Source: a virus (lineage: Duplodnaviria > Heunggongvirae > Uroviricota > Caudoviricetes). Taken from it: a DNA stretch of 64,000 bases. A program made the translations under genes and the position numbers. Below the pieces are notes generated by a model. It was not told where the DNA came from, did not search any database, and saw only the letters and a program-made list of their open reading frames with translations. The DNA lies in the IMG/VR virus record IMGVR_UViG_3300026302_000005, positions 96,001-160,000 of that record. One strand, 5' to 3'. Positions 1 through 10,620 of this stretch are shown here, piece by piece. Numbering within the stretch: position 1 is the first letter of the stretch; every line of letters starts with the position of its first letter.

Positions 1-59
1 TTGTCGGATATCATGTCAGTCGTGCGGAAATATAAAGTAGATTGATGCCGGTTTCGGCA

Positions 60-3000
60 TCAATCTAACCACCCCGCCTCGCATAGTTCGCGTGTTGACT
101 TTGCATAGATTTTTCCGATCCTGCTGGCCCCGCTGGCATCCCAATGCAAACCGTCAGATGTGTCATCACCACTATCCAAGAAGCCAATTCCGAACCGATT
201 TGGATCGATAAACGCACGTCCATACTGATCGCACATCTGGCGTGTGGCGGTTTGGAAATCAGACAAGAAGTTGCCATTAGCATTGGCAACTCCATGCCGG
301 TAATCGCTTGTTGGGTAGGTCGCGGATGCTGCCGTCTGTACGACCACTGCGACTGCTGCACCAGGGCGATTTGCCTCACACCATGCAAATGCATTAGCCA
401 ACGCCCCACGATACGTAGCGGTGGTGGTGTCCGTTACGGTTCCAAGAGGCACATCTGCTGCTGCTACATCATTGACAAGCATGTCGATGATGATCACCTC
501 GGTGTCCACTGCGATTGATGGCAACAGGGCGGTGACTTGTCCCGATCCATAGTGTGGTACACCCCTAGCGTCTAGTCCCAGTGATCCACCGGAATATCCT
601 AGTGCTTGTACTATTGCACCGGTTTCAGTTGTAAATGCAGCCGTCATCAGTCCTTGCACCACCAGTGATGTTCCGACAAATGCCACTTTTTTCCCGGATA
701 GTGGGTGTGCGGCTACCATTGGAGAGGTCTGATCGAATACTCCAAGATATGTTCCAGCATTTGGAGTTAGAGTCATCGAGACATCTTTAATCCAGGATGC
801 AGATGCAAAATCACTCGGGCCCAAGAGAATGTTTTGTCCACCATCTTTGTACACGTTGACTGAATGGATGAATGCTTGTGATACCCCATCGGACACGCGA
901 GCCGATCCGGGAACACTGACACCGTCCAATGTCCAGATTTGAAGGTTGGCAGAACCAGATGCTGCTGCAATGATAGTAATGTCACACTCCCATGTTCCAT
1001 TGAGCAGGTACCGGGTTGAGCGAACGGTGGCTGCACCATGATCAATTGCAATCCCCGTTGCCAAATTGATAGACACTGATGCCAACAGCGCCGAATTGCT
1101 GTATAGTCCAATTCGACCCCGAGTTCCCGCTTTTCCATGGATACGAACTTTATATGATGATCCACTTACTATTGCAGGCATTGTTTGATACATGCGAGTA
1201 TTTTTACCAGAACCTGCAACAGATTCTGTCATCGCCCATAGCGTGTTTGTTCCGTTCACGACATCACTGACCGTTTCAGCCACCACAGCGGTGGCTTTAA
1301 CTTCCGTGGCCAGAGATTCTGGATTGGTAACAATTGACGCTGTCGTTATATTCGTTTTTGTAAAATAGTCATCGGATGGCCGCGTGTGAGCCCCATGGAG
1401 ATTCGTAGTTGTTCCCGCTACGCGGAATTCCATTGATTCGATGACAAGACCATTGTTGATATTTCCCAGATATGGACGTATTCCATTGGGGGATGGTCGG
1501 ATTTGGGGAGTACATGTACCGGTGGTGTTTGCTGTGCCTGATGCTATGCACTCATACATTCCACCCCCGATATATTTCATTGATCCAGTTCCGCCAGCCG
1601 TCACAAATGTTCCATTCACCAAATCAAAGGTGATATCCCAATTTATATATGCATTGGAGAACAAATTCATATATCTGTTTTCTGCTGCCGCAGCTATTAT
1701 CACATGCTCATATGTGACACCAATTGTAATTGGTGTCTGATTACGATACATTGTTGGTGAGATTGTTCCCGCCGTATCTACTATACGTTCGGCTACTACT
1801 GGCATTCCGGCTGCTATTTTTAGCTTTCGAGTTGCTGTATCTATAATAGCTGGATCAGTTTCAACCCCCATTACCGCCATGGCATTAATCACTACGGTAG
1901 CCATGCGATCATTGCCTTGATCAGATGGGTGCAATCCATCTGATAGTAGTCCAGCACCAACCCAATCAATTGCATCAACTGGAAGTATTGTAATTCCACG
2001 TGATTCATACAAGGCCCGTAGTGGCCCAATGACGGCATCAAAAGTTCGACCACCGGTATAGGTGACGTTCCACGCACTAGATGGCCGGATGGGCAATACC
2101 GCAAACATGCGTGTTACGCCTCCTGCTGCTAGCTCGTCAAGGACCGCAGTAGCATTTGAAAGTATTGTGGGAACAGTGGTTCCAAATGAGTCATTGATAC
2201 CAAGAGCTATGATAGGTACGGCTTTACCTCCGGCATATGATGCTTGTTTCAATATAGACTTTACAGCGGTTGGATTGAAATTGCTGAACTTATATGACCC
2301 ATGTGCGGCTCGCATTGTCCGAACACGACGTGGTGCTGTTGCTGTAGTGGATTGATTTACGCCCATACGAATTAGTCCGGTGATTTCTACCGGACCACCA
2401 ACAGCGGTAACACGGTACGTGCCACTGGTGATTTGACCGGTGGCAGGAAACCCACTGTGTACGTCTAATGCGGTTGTACCACTGGCATATGATTTCGATG
2501 CATATACGATGGTATCGTATGCGATGGATAGGGTTCCTGCACCGGAAATTTCTTTGGCGAACACATCTACCTGCTCGTATGCACCAACAAATTCAAAATA
2601 ATTACCATCGGCTAGAATTAGACTTTCGCCAATTGGACCACTCGTGCCCGTGGTACCACCAGATACTGTTACTCCGTAAAATGCTGGTGTATAAGTACTG
2701 GATGGCCGCAACGCCGTCATGATCGGTTCGTCTGATGCAATCCCCAAGTTCATATATGACGTGAACCGGTTAAACCAATGAGATGCTCCGGTAGCTGCAT
2801 ACGCGAAATGGCTGATTGAGTCGCCGATCAACGTTATGACATCACCTGCCGCAATATGTCGAGCAAGACTTGATCTTATAGCGGATAGTAGTGTGGTGGA
2901 ACTTGGCTCGGGTGGTAGGAAAATACGAGTTCCATTGAGGAATGGACGCCCTGGTCCCCAAAACCCATTACCACTGCCTGGGAGTGAGGTAACGGAATAA

Positions 3001-5609
3001 TCTCCTGGTGGAACATATGGTGCTGGGTGTGCCCCTCGTGCCGCCGAGAACAATGCCGTGGCATCTACTACTCCAGTCTTATCGGCGGATTCAAAATAAT
3101 TTAATCCGGTTCCGCTTGGCATAGACATAGTGGCCGCAGCCTGTAGCCCAGTTTTGATTGTCAGGGCCAATTCAAACCTATGCTGACTGGTTTGTATTAC
3201 GGCACTTCCTGCTGGAAGAGACGTCTGGTACCAATAAGAAACTCCCTGTGGATTTACCGAATTTTGGAATTTTATCCCAACTGTACCGACAACATAAACC
3301 CCTGCATATTGCCCTTCTGTGATTGGTACAGAAACGAGGATATCATTGATCCCCGAGGACACCGTTACATCCTGGTACGCCGTAATCGTGGCTATGGGTC
3401 CTGCACCTATGGTGGCGGCAAATACTCTTACGGAACCTCCAGCGTTTGCTGCGATTTGCAACCGCGTAATGCGACCATCTCCCGGTGCTGCCGTCTGTAG
3501 GATAATAGTGTAATTGGAGGCAGTAGACCCTGTGGCAACCAATGACGGCCACCCAGGTGAGACTATCGATCCTACCACATCCGCCATTGTATTTGCGAGA
3601 GAGTATCCAATTTCGGCTTTGGCTTTAGTATTTGCACTAAGCGACATGCGTATATTAGCCACACTAACGGTGATAGCCGTCTTTGCCGTGGATACTGTGG
3701 GTATTGCAGCGGTTGACCAACAAATTGGAGAAGCTACTGAATAGTAATAGGTTCCCAGATTTCCCATTCCAACTATACAGCCAGCCGGTACCACTACTTG
3801 TGTAATTACGCTATTTTCTCCAATCGCCAATGTAATCGGCGTACTGCTAACCAGTGATAGAGACCCATCAACTTCAATCTGTGCCACTAGTATACTTGCT
3901 GTCCGCGCTACTGCCACAGCAACTTCGACCAAGGTAAGGGCCTGTTCGTATGCCCTTACAGAGTCTGGCCAAAAATAGCATGTGCTATTGACTGCGGTGA
4001 GTCCTGATGCGATTGGGGGTAGCCCTACTACAGTGGTACCGATTTCATTATCCACCACAGGAGCTATATCCGATCCCAGCTTTGCATGGGCCATTGTAGT
4101 CCCAATGAGGGTTAGTTTGTGATGGATATTTGTCGTCGTTCCGATTGTTTTCGTGGTTGAAGTTGTTGGTGCCGCAGCAGTTTTCCACACTGGAGTTCCA
4201 GTGGTGGCTGTGTAGTAAAATGCACCCATTTTACCAAGACCTACTACACATCCTGCTGGAACAAAAATGTTAGTTACAAAGGTATTTGTTCCAATTGCAG
4301 CCTCTGCATAATGCATCTTAACCAAAGATAGAGAGCCGTCTATTTCGACACGGGATACTACGATTTGGATATATCGAGCCGCGTTTACTGCAACTTCAAT
4401 CTGGCTTAGTAGCTGATCGTATGATTTTAGAGTATCTGGCCAATAGTAAAACGATTCATTTAGTCCAATTAAACCAGTTGCTGTTGTGGTATTACCAACA
4501 ATCTGTCCAACCAATTCGCGATTGATTACCGTTGAAGATGCATATGTAGTTACATAGGTGGCTACCGGACCGGCATCGACTTTATAGAGGATAGTTGCTG
4601 TATCACTACCAGTGACTGGGACGCTAAAATGTCCTCCTACCGGAGTATTGACACCAATTGTCAATACCAAATTCTCACCAGTTAATCCACCGGCTCCAGT
4701 TAGGGTAATTCCTGTTGGATCAGCCGAATATTCACCCGGTTGGTCCACGGCCACTGCTATGATCACTCCACCCAGAATGGTTGCAGTTCCGGTGGCCGGA
4801 ATGACTGCTGTACCACCGGATGCCACCCAGGTGGCGGTAACCGGTCCCGCAGGTCCTCCAGTCCCTCCCGATACAATGGTGACAGCACGAACACCACGAC
4901 CAATTCCATGTGCAGTAGTGAGGTATACCCCGTTATTGCGATAGATGGTATCGCGAACCGCATTTGCCTCATTTGCACTAAGTTGAGCTTGTGCACTACT
5001 TGCAATAGCAACATTTCGTGCAGCTATTGCAGCATTCTTGGCGCTGGTAGCCACACTTGCCTGTGCGGTCGCATCTATGTCTGATGCCAATGCCGAGGCA
5101 GAATAAACTCCAGCCTGGTTGGTCAGTGTAGTAACGATACCACGATCTATGGTTGTTTGTTCTGCATTCTGTGTGGTCGTCAATACTGATGCATCTAGAA
5201 CACCCAAATCTACTCTTGCCACGATATTTTCCGCTTCCTCTATAAAGAGTGGGCGTATCCATTGGGTGTTGTTGAAAAATCCAGTTGTTAGGAACGGAAT
5301 TGATGCAGGGTTTGCACTATATGTCTTGTCGCCATATGTTACCGTAAAGGATGAGTTTGATACATCCAATCCAGCCGTAAACGTAACCGGTGCCAGATAA
5401 CCGGCATTGCCAACATTGGTCCACCCCTGGGTGGTGTAGGTTTCGAATCTATCAACATCGGTATTATACCGAATTGTTCCTGGAACTGGTGTACCCGAAC
5501 GCTCGGCGGACGAACCGGATGGAACAATAATTCCCTCCGATCCGACACTTCTTAGGTCAACAACATTATCAGGAAAAGCTGCATTTTTCCAATAGATAGA
5601 TTTGTTCAT
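60..5609 (-). CDS. Large tail spike/fibre with two SGNH/GDSL esterase domains (putative polysaccharide deacetylase)
   Basis: 1849 aa. N-terminal P.G...ER..TP..G.IRYN fibre motif, beta-rich repeats, SGNH motifs IGDSIS/GINDS/DGLHP and a second set VGTSLV/VND/DGLHW at the C-terminus. Visibly more AT-rich than the rest of the window. Confidence 0.75.
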   Translation of the reverse strand: MNKSIYWKNAAFPDNVVDLRSVGSEGIIVPSGSSAERSGTPVPGTIRYNTDVDRFETYTTQGWTNVGNAGYLAPVTFTAGLDVSNSSFTVTYGDKTYSANPASIPFLTTGFFNNTQWIRPLFIEEAENIVARVDLGVLDASVLTTTQNAEQTTIDRGIVTTLTNQAGVYSASALASDIDATAQASVATSAKNAAIAARNVAIASSAQAQLSANEANAVRDTIYRNNGVYLTTAHGIGRGVRAVTIVSGGTGGPAGPVTATWVASGGTAVIPATGTATILGGVIIAVAVDQPGEYSADPTGITLTGAGGLTGENLVLTIGVNTPVGGHFSVPVTGSDTATILYKVDAGPVATYVTTYASSTVINRELVGQIVGNTTTATGLIGLNESFYYWPDTLKSYDQLLSQIEVAVNAARYIQIVVSRVEIDGSLSLVKMHYAEAAIGTNTFVTNIFVPAGCVVGLGKMGAFYYTATTGTPVWKTAAAPTTSTTKTIGTTTNIHHKLTLIGTTMAHAKLGSDIAPVVDNEIGTTVVGLPPIASGLTAVNSTCYFWPDSVRAYEQALTLVEVAVAVARTASILVAQIEVDGSLSLVSSTPITLAIGENSVITQVVVPAGCIVGMGNLGTYYYSVASPICWSTAAIPTVSTAKTAITVSVANIRMSLSANTKAKAEIGYSLANTMADVVGSIVSPGWPSLVATGSTASNYTIILQTAAPGDGRITRLQIAANAGGSVRVFAATIGAGPIATITAYQDVTVSSGINDILVSVPITEGQYAGVYVVGTVGIKFQNSVNPQGVSYWYQTSLPAGSAVIQTSQHRFELALTIKTGLQAAATMSMPSGTGLNYFESADKTGVVDATALFSAARGAHPAPYVPPGDYSVTSLPGSGNGFWGPGRPFLNGTRIFLPPEPSSTTLLSAIRSSLARHIAAGDVITLIGDSISHFAYAATGASHWFNRFTSYMNLGIASDEPIMTALRPSSTYTPAFYGVTVSGGTTGTSGPIGESLILADGNYFEFVGAYEQVDVFAKEISGAGTLSIAYDTIVYASKSYASGTTALDVHSGFPATGQITSGTYRVTAVGGPVEITGLIRMGVNQSTTATAPRRVRTMRAAHGSYKFSNFNPTAVKSILKQASYAGGKAVPIIALGINDSFGTTVPTILSNATAVLDELAAGGVTRMFAVLPIRPSSAWNVTYTGGRTFDAVIGPLRALYESRGITILPVDAIDWVGAGLLSDGLHPSDQGNDRMATVVINAMAVMGVETDPAIIDTATRKLKIAAGMPVVAERIVDTAGTISPTMYRNQTPITIGVTYEHVIIAAAAENRYMNLFSNAYINWDITFDLVNGTFVTAGGTGSMKYIGGGMYECIASGTANTTGTCTPQIRPSPNGIRPYLGNINNGLVIESMEFRVAGTTTNLHGAHTRPSDDYFTKTNITTASIVTNPESLATEVKATAVVAETVSDVVNGTNTLWAMTESVAGSGKNTRMYQTMPAIVSGSSYKVRIHGKAGTRGRIGLYSNSALLASVSINLATGIAIDHGAATVRSTRYLLNGTWECDITIIAAASGSANLQIWTLDGVSVPGSARVSDGVSQAFIHSVNVYKDGGQNILLGPSDFASASWIKDVSMTLTPNAGTYLGVFDQTSPMVAAHPLSGKKVAFVGTSLVVQGLMTAAFTTETGAIVQALGYSGGSLGLDARGVPHYGSGQVTALLPSIAVDTEVIIIDMLVNDVAAADVPLGTVTDTTTATYRGALANAFAWCEANRPGAAVAVVVQTAASATYPTSDYRHGVANANGNFLSDFQTATRQMCDQYGRAFIDPNRFGIGFLDSGDDTSDGLHWDASGASRIGKIYAKSTRELCEAGWLD

Positions 5610-5662
5610 TACTTTACTTTCCTGGTTACTGCCGTCGAGTTGAATGGGACGGATCGTATAGA

Positions 5663-7597
5663 TTACATCTCGTAACCAATAACCACCAGTTTCAAATCGA
5701 AGGTGACTGCATTAGCAAGTGCAACAAGATTATAGCGAAGAGTGCTGTTTGACGTCAAAACTTGGTATGCTGCTCCCGCTGCTCCCGAAACTGCCGGGAA
5801 TGCATTTTCCCCGAGGCCGATTGGCAACACCTGTCCTGCTGTATTGAAGCTGTATGCAACTGGGTTGAAGATGTTCGGGTTCGACACGTTATCCAAAATT
5901 TGGTTGTACGTACCCTGCGTTCCCACATTCATGCGCAGTGTAGCGCCCGATGAGAACCCTGCCACGTTTTCAATTTGCACAAAGATGCGAGAGATGATGG
6001 CAGTACGTCCCGTCGGTACCACGTAGATAGGGGCACTTCCAATTACTCCGCTCAACGATCCCGTCGGTACCGTGATGGTACCGAGCACCTTTTCTCCCTG
6101 GAAAATACCAGAGATAGCAACGCTGTTGTTGGCAGAGGCAGCACCGCCAAGAGTAATGCTGTGGGCATCACCATCGATATTGATCATATTGACGCCACCG
6201 CCTGCAATACCAACTGCATTTGGCCCAATGCGATACATACCCGTATCATCATCATTGGTGAATGAGTAGGTTGGTGCAGACACTCCCATGGTAGCGGCCT
6301 GCATGTGCGGTCCACCAGTCGTCACACCAGTCCCGATGATGAAGCTGGTTCCGGTCATACGAACGAATTGGGCCCCACCGATAGCAATCCCGATGTTTCC
6401 ACCACCGATCAGATACATACCCGACGTATTGTATGGACTTGCGAATGCCAACCCGGGGGTGCCCTCAGTGCCATTAGCAATACGCAATGCACCAGTCATG
6501 GTCCCACCGGTGGTGCGGACTGAGGTAGTAGCCAGTGCATCGATTTGCCCTTGGACGCCACCCGTCACCCCTTGTAGGTAATTGTGCTCCACCAGGGTAA
6601 TTGCGTTTCCAGTGATTTCATCGATACCAATGGTGGTGGCGATATTGCGCTTTGCATTGAGTTGTGTTTGAATATTGCTGGTAGACCCATTCAGATTTCC
6701 CAATTCAGTAATACTGATTTGTCCAGGGTACCCATTGGTTCCAGAGGAAATACCGGCCAGTGTGTTCAAATCATTTACCGATGCGGTAAGTCCAGATAGC
6801 GGGGGCATCGAGGTGATAAACGATTCAACGTTGTGGGTAAGCCCTGTCAGATTTCCAAATTCGGTTGCAGTGATGCCATGCGCTGCATATCCACTGATAC
6901 TGTTGATGTCAACAACGGGGGCAGTGATGCTGGCCACGCGATTAAGATCGCCTGCCGTTCCAGCGAAATCAGCAAGTTTGTTGAAATCGTCGGTGCGCAA
7001 CCCATATGCCCAGGTTCCGGCCAAGTTGTTTATATCGCGTACATCAGTGACGGTGATATTCCCGGTACCAATTTTGTTTTGTTTGCCAGTGGCCCCATTT
7101 GTTCCGTCGAGTAGATCGGTAATGGTTTTCGACAAATCGTTTGAATAGTACACGTCGTCCGACGTAAATTGTGGGACCACAATTGAATTGATTTTGAAAC
7201 CTGTTCCTGATCCAGCTACACGGTTTGCAGACTCGACAAATGCGGTTGCAGGGGTCGCGCCCTGAGAACCCTGGATGGTACGGTTCACGGAATCTGCCAA
7301 AACAGCAATGGCACCCTGAGTGGACGCGGTGATTTTTGCACGGATGTTCGGCGCATTCGATTGAACTTCCAGTATCAGGTTGGCAGTGTGACCAGTGAAC
7401 GTTACATTCAAGAGTTCGGTATAGTCGTTGTTTCCGGGAGTTGGGGAATAGCTGCCTTGAATTGACACAGCCCCACTGAACCCGACGCCGACCTGTGGAT
7501 TGAATTGGATTATACGTGCACTGTCAGAACCTGAAAAATTCTGTCCGGTATATGCTTGTACGACGTTGCTTTGTGAAATCAGGACCTTGTTGGCCAT
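5663..7597 (-). CDS. Virion fibre/spike structural protein
   Basis: GGAG upstream of MANKVL and a TAAATAC late motif near 7646. Contains GGTMTG and P.YSF..D.DTGMY fibre motifs. C-terminal domain resembles that of 57853..60240. Confidence 0.65.
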   Translation of the reverse strand: MANKVLISQSNVVQAYTGQNFSGSDSARIIQFNPQVGVGFSGAVSIQGSYSPTPGNNDYTELLNVTFTGHTANLILEVQSNAPNIRAKITASTQGAIAVLADSVNRTIQGSQGATPATAFVESANRVAGSGTGFKINSIVVPQFTSDDVYYSNDLSKTITDLLDGTNGATGKQNKIGTGNITVTDVRDINNLAGTWAYGLRTDDFNKLADFAGTAGDLNRVASITAPVVDINSISGYAAHGITATEFGNLTGLTHNVESFITSMPPLSGLTASVNDLNTLAGISSGTNGYPGQISITELGNLNGSTSNIQTQLNAKRNIATTIGIDEITGNAITLVEHNYLQGVTGGVQGQIDALATTSVRTTGGTMTGALRIANGTEGTPGLAFASPYNTSGMYLIGGGNIGIAIGGAQFVRMTGTSFIIGTGVTTGGPHMQAATMGVSAPTYSFTNDDDTGMYRIGPNAVGIAGGGVNMINIDGDAHSITLGGAASANNSVAISGIFQGEKVLGTITVPTGSLSGVIGSAPIYVVPTGRTAIISRIFVQIENVAGFSSGATLRMNVGTQGTYNQILDNVSNPNIFNPVAYSFNTAGQVLPIGLGENAFPAVSGAAGAAYQVLTSNSTLRYNLVALANAVTFDLKLVVIGYEM

Positions 7598-7686
7598 AAT
7601 GGTATGCTCCATGTTGAGTTTCGTTCGCCGAAGCGGCACACTCGTATTTATCGGAACTGCTAGATACTACGGTGGAGACCATCATC

Positions 7687-8082
7687 ATGCATAAGAACAC
7701 GACATCGACCAAAAGAACAGCGGCGTGGAGAGACCGGAAACGGGATCACCACAACAGTTACCATCGGCAATATCGAGGCCGATCCATAGAGGAGATGCTG
7801 GTTGATCCTGATGAGATATGGTTTGTCACGGAGCCACGACAAAGAAAGGCTCTAAAGCGGGCTACCCCGGGCTGGGCCGATCATGCAGAAATCCGGATGG
7901 TATATGAAAAGTGCGTCCAGGTTAGCCGTCGGTATCCTGGGACAGGATTCGTGGTTCGCCACATCATACCGATTTCACACTCTCATGTGTGTGGGTTGCA
8001 TGTAGCCGGTAATCTTGAGATCGTCAGTTTGTCACGAAAGAAACAGCTTGGGAGACGATTCAGGGTTACTTCCAGTCTGTAG
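7687..8082 (+). CDS. HNH endonuclease-like protein, possibly degenerate
   Basis: ATPGWAD...HIIPI...VCGLHVAGNL motif of small phage HNH proteins. GGAG precedes the ATG at 7687. Confidence 0.65.
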   Translation: MHKNTTSTKRTAAWRDRKRDHHNSYHRQYRGRSIEEMLVDPDEIWFVTEPRQRKALKRATPGWADHAEIRMVYEKCVQVSRRYPGTGFVVRHIIPISHSHVCGLHVAGNLEIVSLSRKKQLGRRFRVTSSL

Positions 8083-8443
8083 AAATGACCACTTGTCCCT
8101 CACCAACTACATCTACGACAATACGAATCGCCGTCCAGTTTGGATGAATGCTTGGTAGTATCGGGGTCAGGCCCAGAGACTGGTCAATAGTGGCCGGTCC
8201 AATTGATGCCCAGGAAAGAGGATCGGCTTGTTTCTCACGAGTGAAAACGTTGGGACCATCGTTTCCGACCAACTGGAACGTTGGGGTTTCTTCTACACGA
8301 ACCGCACCAGTCCCGAAGACCTGAACGAACAACTGAGGGGTGATGGGAAATGCCGATAGTTGGACATTGTAGTTGGTTCCCTCGATAGGACCGAGAAACT
8401 CCACAATGGTCTGTCCGACCGCTTTTCCGATAAGTTTCGCCAT
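8066..8443 (-). CDS. Hypothetical late (virion?) protein
   Basis: 125 aa ORF with GAGG RBS and upstream TAAATAC motif near 8473. Confidence 0.6.
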   Translation of the reverse strand: MAKLIGKAVGQTIVEFLGPIEGTNYNVQLSAFPITPQLFVQVFGTGAVRVEETPTFQLVGNDGPNVFTREKQADPLSWASIGPATIDQSLGLTPILPSIHPNWTAIRIVVDVVGEGQVVISTDWK

Positions 8444-8519
8444 GATTCGTTTCCTCTAGCTCTAACCATGGTATTTAGGACAACAGTGGCCGACGTTTAG
8501 ACCAACCATGTGGATCGGA

Positions 8520-8834
8520 CTATTCCTCTGATACAGGCCACTCCGTGGGTAGATCAATCGGTAGCTTACCAATCGGGCTATATGGCACTGGGTGGTAAAT
8601 CCCCAGACTGTTGGTGGGTGCAAGAATGTGTTCGTATGATCCCTGGCAGTGATCGAAGTGTAACGGAATGAACATCGCGTCTACTACCTCTTGGAACAGT
8701 TTCCATGTGGCGTCACCCTCTAATGCCCCACGTCTCCACGCCCGTGCCGACAAGGTTTCATTCGGGTATCCACCGAGAATAGTATTGATCAGTTGGTCCA
8801 ATCCAATTAGCACCCTCAGGGAATAAATTTTCAC
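8520..8834 (-). CDS. Conserved phage hypothetical protein (DQL.N..LGG.P.ET.SARA family)
   Basis: Recognisable motif LIGLDQLINTILGGYPNETLSARAWR...HC, GAGG RBS, and a late motif near 8860. Confidence 0.7.
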   Translation of the reverse strand: MKIYSLRVLIGLDQLINTILGGYPNETLSARAWRRGALEGDATWKLFQEVVDAMFIPLHFDHCQGSYEHILAPTNSLGIYHPVPYSPIGKLPIDLPTEWPVSEE

Positions 8835-8913
8835 GTGTTCCCCTCCTCTTAGCCACAGGTATTTAAGGGTTGGATCGTTTTCGAAATGCTGTAGTTTTGT
8901 GACACCAACTCCG

Positions 8914-8945
8914 TTCTTGACGAATCATACAAACCCTGCTATGGT
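8914..8945 (+). promoter_or_regulatory. sigma70-type early promoter (copy 1 of a repeated motif)
   Basis: TTGACG-17 bp-TATGGT within TTCTTGACGAATCAT-N6-CCTGCTAT, followed by an AGGAG RBS. Confidence 0.75.
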
Positions 8946-8970
8946 ATCCTTCACAATCAAGGAGATCGAC

Positions 8971-9150
8971 ATGGACCGTGCTGATCAGATCGCCGCTGGC
9001 CTCAACCGTATGGACGGAATCACCGCACGTATGGACGAACTCGAACGTATGATGGACAGTATGGAGTTCGGTGATCGTCGTGATGGCCTGGAAGCCGAAT
9101 ACGACCAGCTTCTGGACCAACTGTTCCACTTCAACAACAAAGCGGCGTGA
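8971..9150 (+). CDS. Small acidic hypothetical early protein
   Basis: AAGGAG RBS and ATG at 8971, 59 aa. Confidence 0.7.
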   Translation: MDRADQIAAGLNRMDGITARMDELERMMDSMEFGDRRDGLEAEYDQLLDQLFHFNNKAA

Positions 9151-9164
9151 TGGGAGAACCGACC

Positions 9165-9530
9165 ATGAAGATGTTCACTTTCTTCGCCCCCTGGGCCATC
9201 GGCGTCTACAGCGAACTCGTCATCGTTGGCACCAACCCCGAGATGGCCGACTATGACAACCCGCGTGGTCATATCATTCAGGAACGCTGGTTCATCATGG
9301 CTGAGGCCAAGGACGGACGTCGCAAAGTTCTTCATGGTGTGATGTTTGCCGATCCGGTCGAGGCTGGTTTCTTTGCGAACCTCTATACCGGATGGGACCC
9401 GGAAAACTTCGATGAATCCGTGTGGATGGAGAGCCGTCCCATGTATGGTTCGGAAGCATGGATCAACAGCGGCACTGGCGAAGAAGAAGCTGATTATGAA
9501 CGCCGGGAGGGCGGATACTATGGATACTGA
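9165..9530 (+). CDS. Hypothetical early protein
   Basis: GGGAG RBS, phage-like codon usage, tight packing. Confidence 0.65.
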   Translation: MKMFTFFAPWAIGVYSELVIVGTNPEMADYDNPRGHIIQERWFIMAEAKDGRRKVLHGVMFADPVEAGFFANLYTGWDPENFDESVWMESRPMYGSEAWINSGTGEEEADYERREGGYYGY

Positions 9531-10098
9531 TATCGTGAAACGCTTTGCCGCACTGTTCGGCACCCTTGACCTGGACGAAGTTCTGGCCAACCCCGACGAT
9601 CATTTTGACCAAGCTTCTCGGTGCAGTGTGTCTGGGCACATCATCGGCTACCATCTGGACAACGCCATGGGAGATCACATTGCGTTGGATGCCGTGGTGA
9701 AGGGCTACCAGGAATACGTGCTGTCCATCGAGGTCTTCGACGGCTATGTCAAGGAAGGCACGAAATTCCGTCGAGGTTTGTTCAACATGGCCAGCCTGAT
9801 CGCGGCCCTGCGAGCCAAATCCGACATTCTATCACAGGAGTCGATGTTCCGGCCCATCATGTGGTTCATCGACCGGGTGACCCAGGGTTGCCGAAATGAC
9901 ATGCATGAGCCCGACGAACAGGGTCTCACCATGGACCTCTCCAACGACACCCAGTTCGTTTTCGGCACCTTCCCGTTCAACGACACGATGGTCTTCAATC
10001 TCAAGCGGGAAACCCCGGCTGATCCGACCATGCCTATCACGCAGGCCAATTTCAGCATCGAGACGCTGATCCGCATGCTCATGTATATTCGGGCTTGA
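9520..10098 (+). CDS. Hypothetical protein
   Basis: GGAGG RBS upstream of MDTDIVK; overlaps the previous stop. Confidence 0.65.
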   Translation: MDTDIVKRFAALFGTLDLDEVLANPDDHFDQASRCSVSGHIIGYHLDNAMGDHIALDAVVKGYQEYVLSIEVFDGYVKEGTKFRRGLFNMASLIAALRAKSDILSQESMFRPIMWFIDRVTQGCRNDMHEPDEQGLTMDLSNDTQFVFGTFPFNDTMVFNLKRETPADPTMPITQANFSIETLIRMLMYIRA

Positions 10099-10156
10099 TC
10101 TGGATCGAGTGATGGGGTATGGTCGCCCCATCACCCCATCACGCGGGAACCCCATC

Positions 10157-10480
10157 ATGTCGCAGCTAACTGAACGCTATAGCTACCGTGAGCACCGTCG
10201 CCAAGCCAAAGCCCATTTCATCAATCGGTGGAAGGCACGGGTCGATAACAACCCACCGGACGTCGATGCACTCTTTCAGGAATTTCGGGCCGAGATGTCC
10301 GGACAGGGACACGGAATCCTCAAACTTCTACATCATGTTGAATACCACAGTTCTCGATGGCTGGCTCATACCGGTGATGGTCGAGAAGTCATCATCACCT
10401 ACAACCACAAGCTCGGTCTGCCCACTACGGTGTGGCCGAATCCGAAGGCGAAAACAGATCGGGTAGTAGAACCTACTTGA
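10157..10480 (+). CDS. Hypothetical protein
   Basis: ORF in operon context (HF..RW..RV...TTVW, weakly RelE/Barnase-fold-like). Confidence 0.55.
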   Translation: MSQLTERYSYREHRRQAKAHFINRWKARVDNNPPDVDALFQEFRAEMSGQGHGILKLLHHVEYHSSRWLAHTGDGREVIITYNHKLGLPTTVWPNPKAKTDRVVEPT

Positions 10481-10620
10481 TTTCCGGAATCCTCCGCCTA
10501 AATACGTTCTGGAGCCAGATGGGGAAACCCGGATGGCTTTTGGAAGAAGTCTCTTGGCAGGTAAGCCCACACATGTAGGTGTGGCATGGAAGTCCAGGAG
10601 CAGGCAATGAGGATGAGAAC

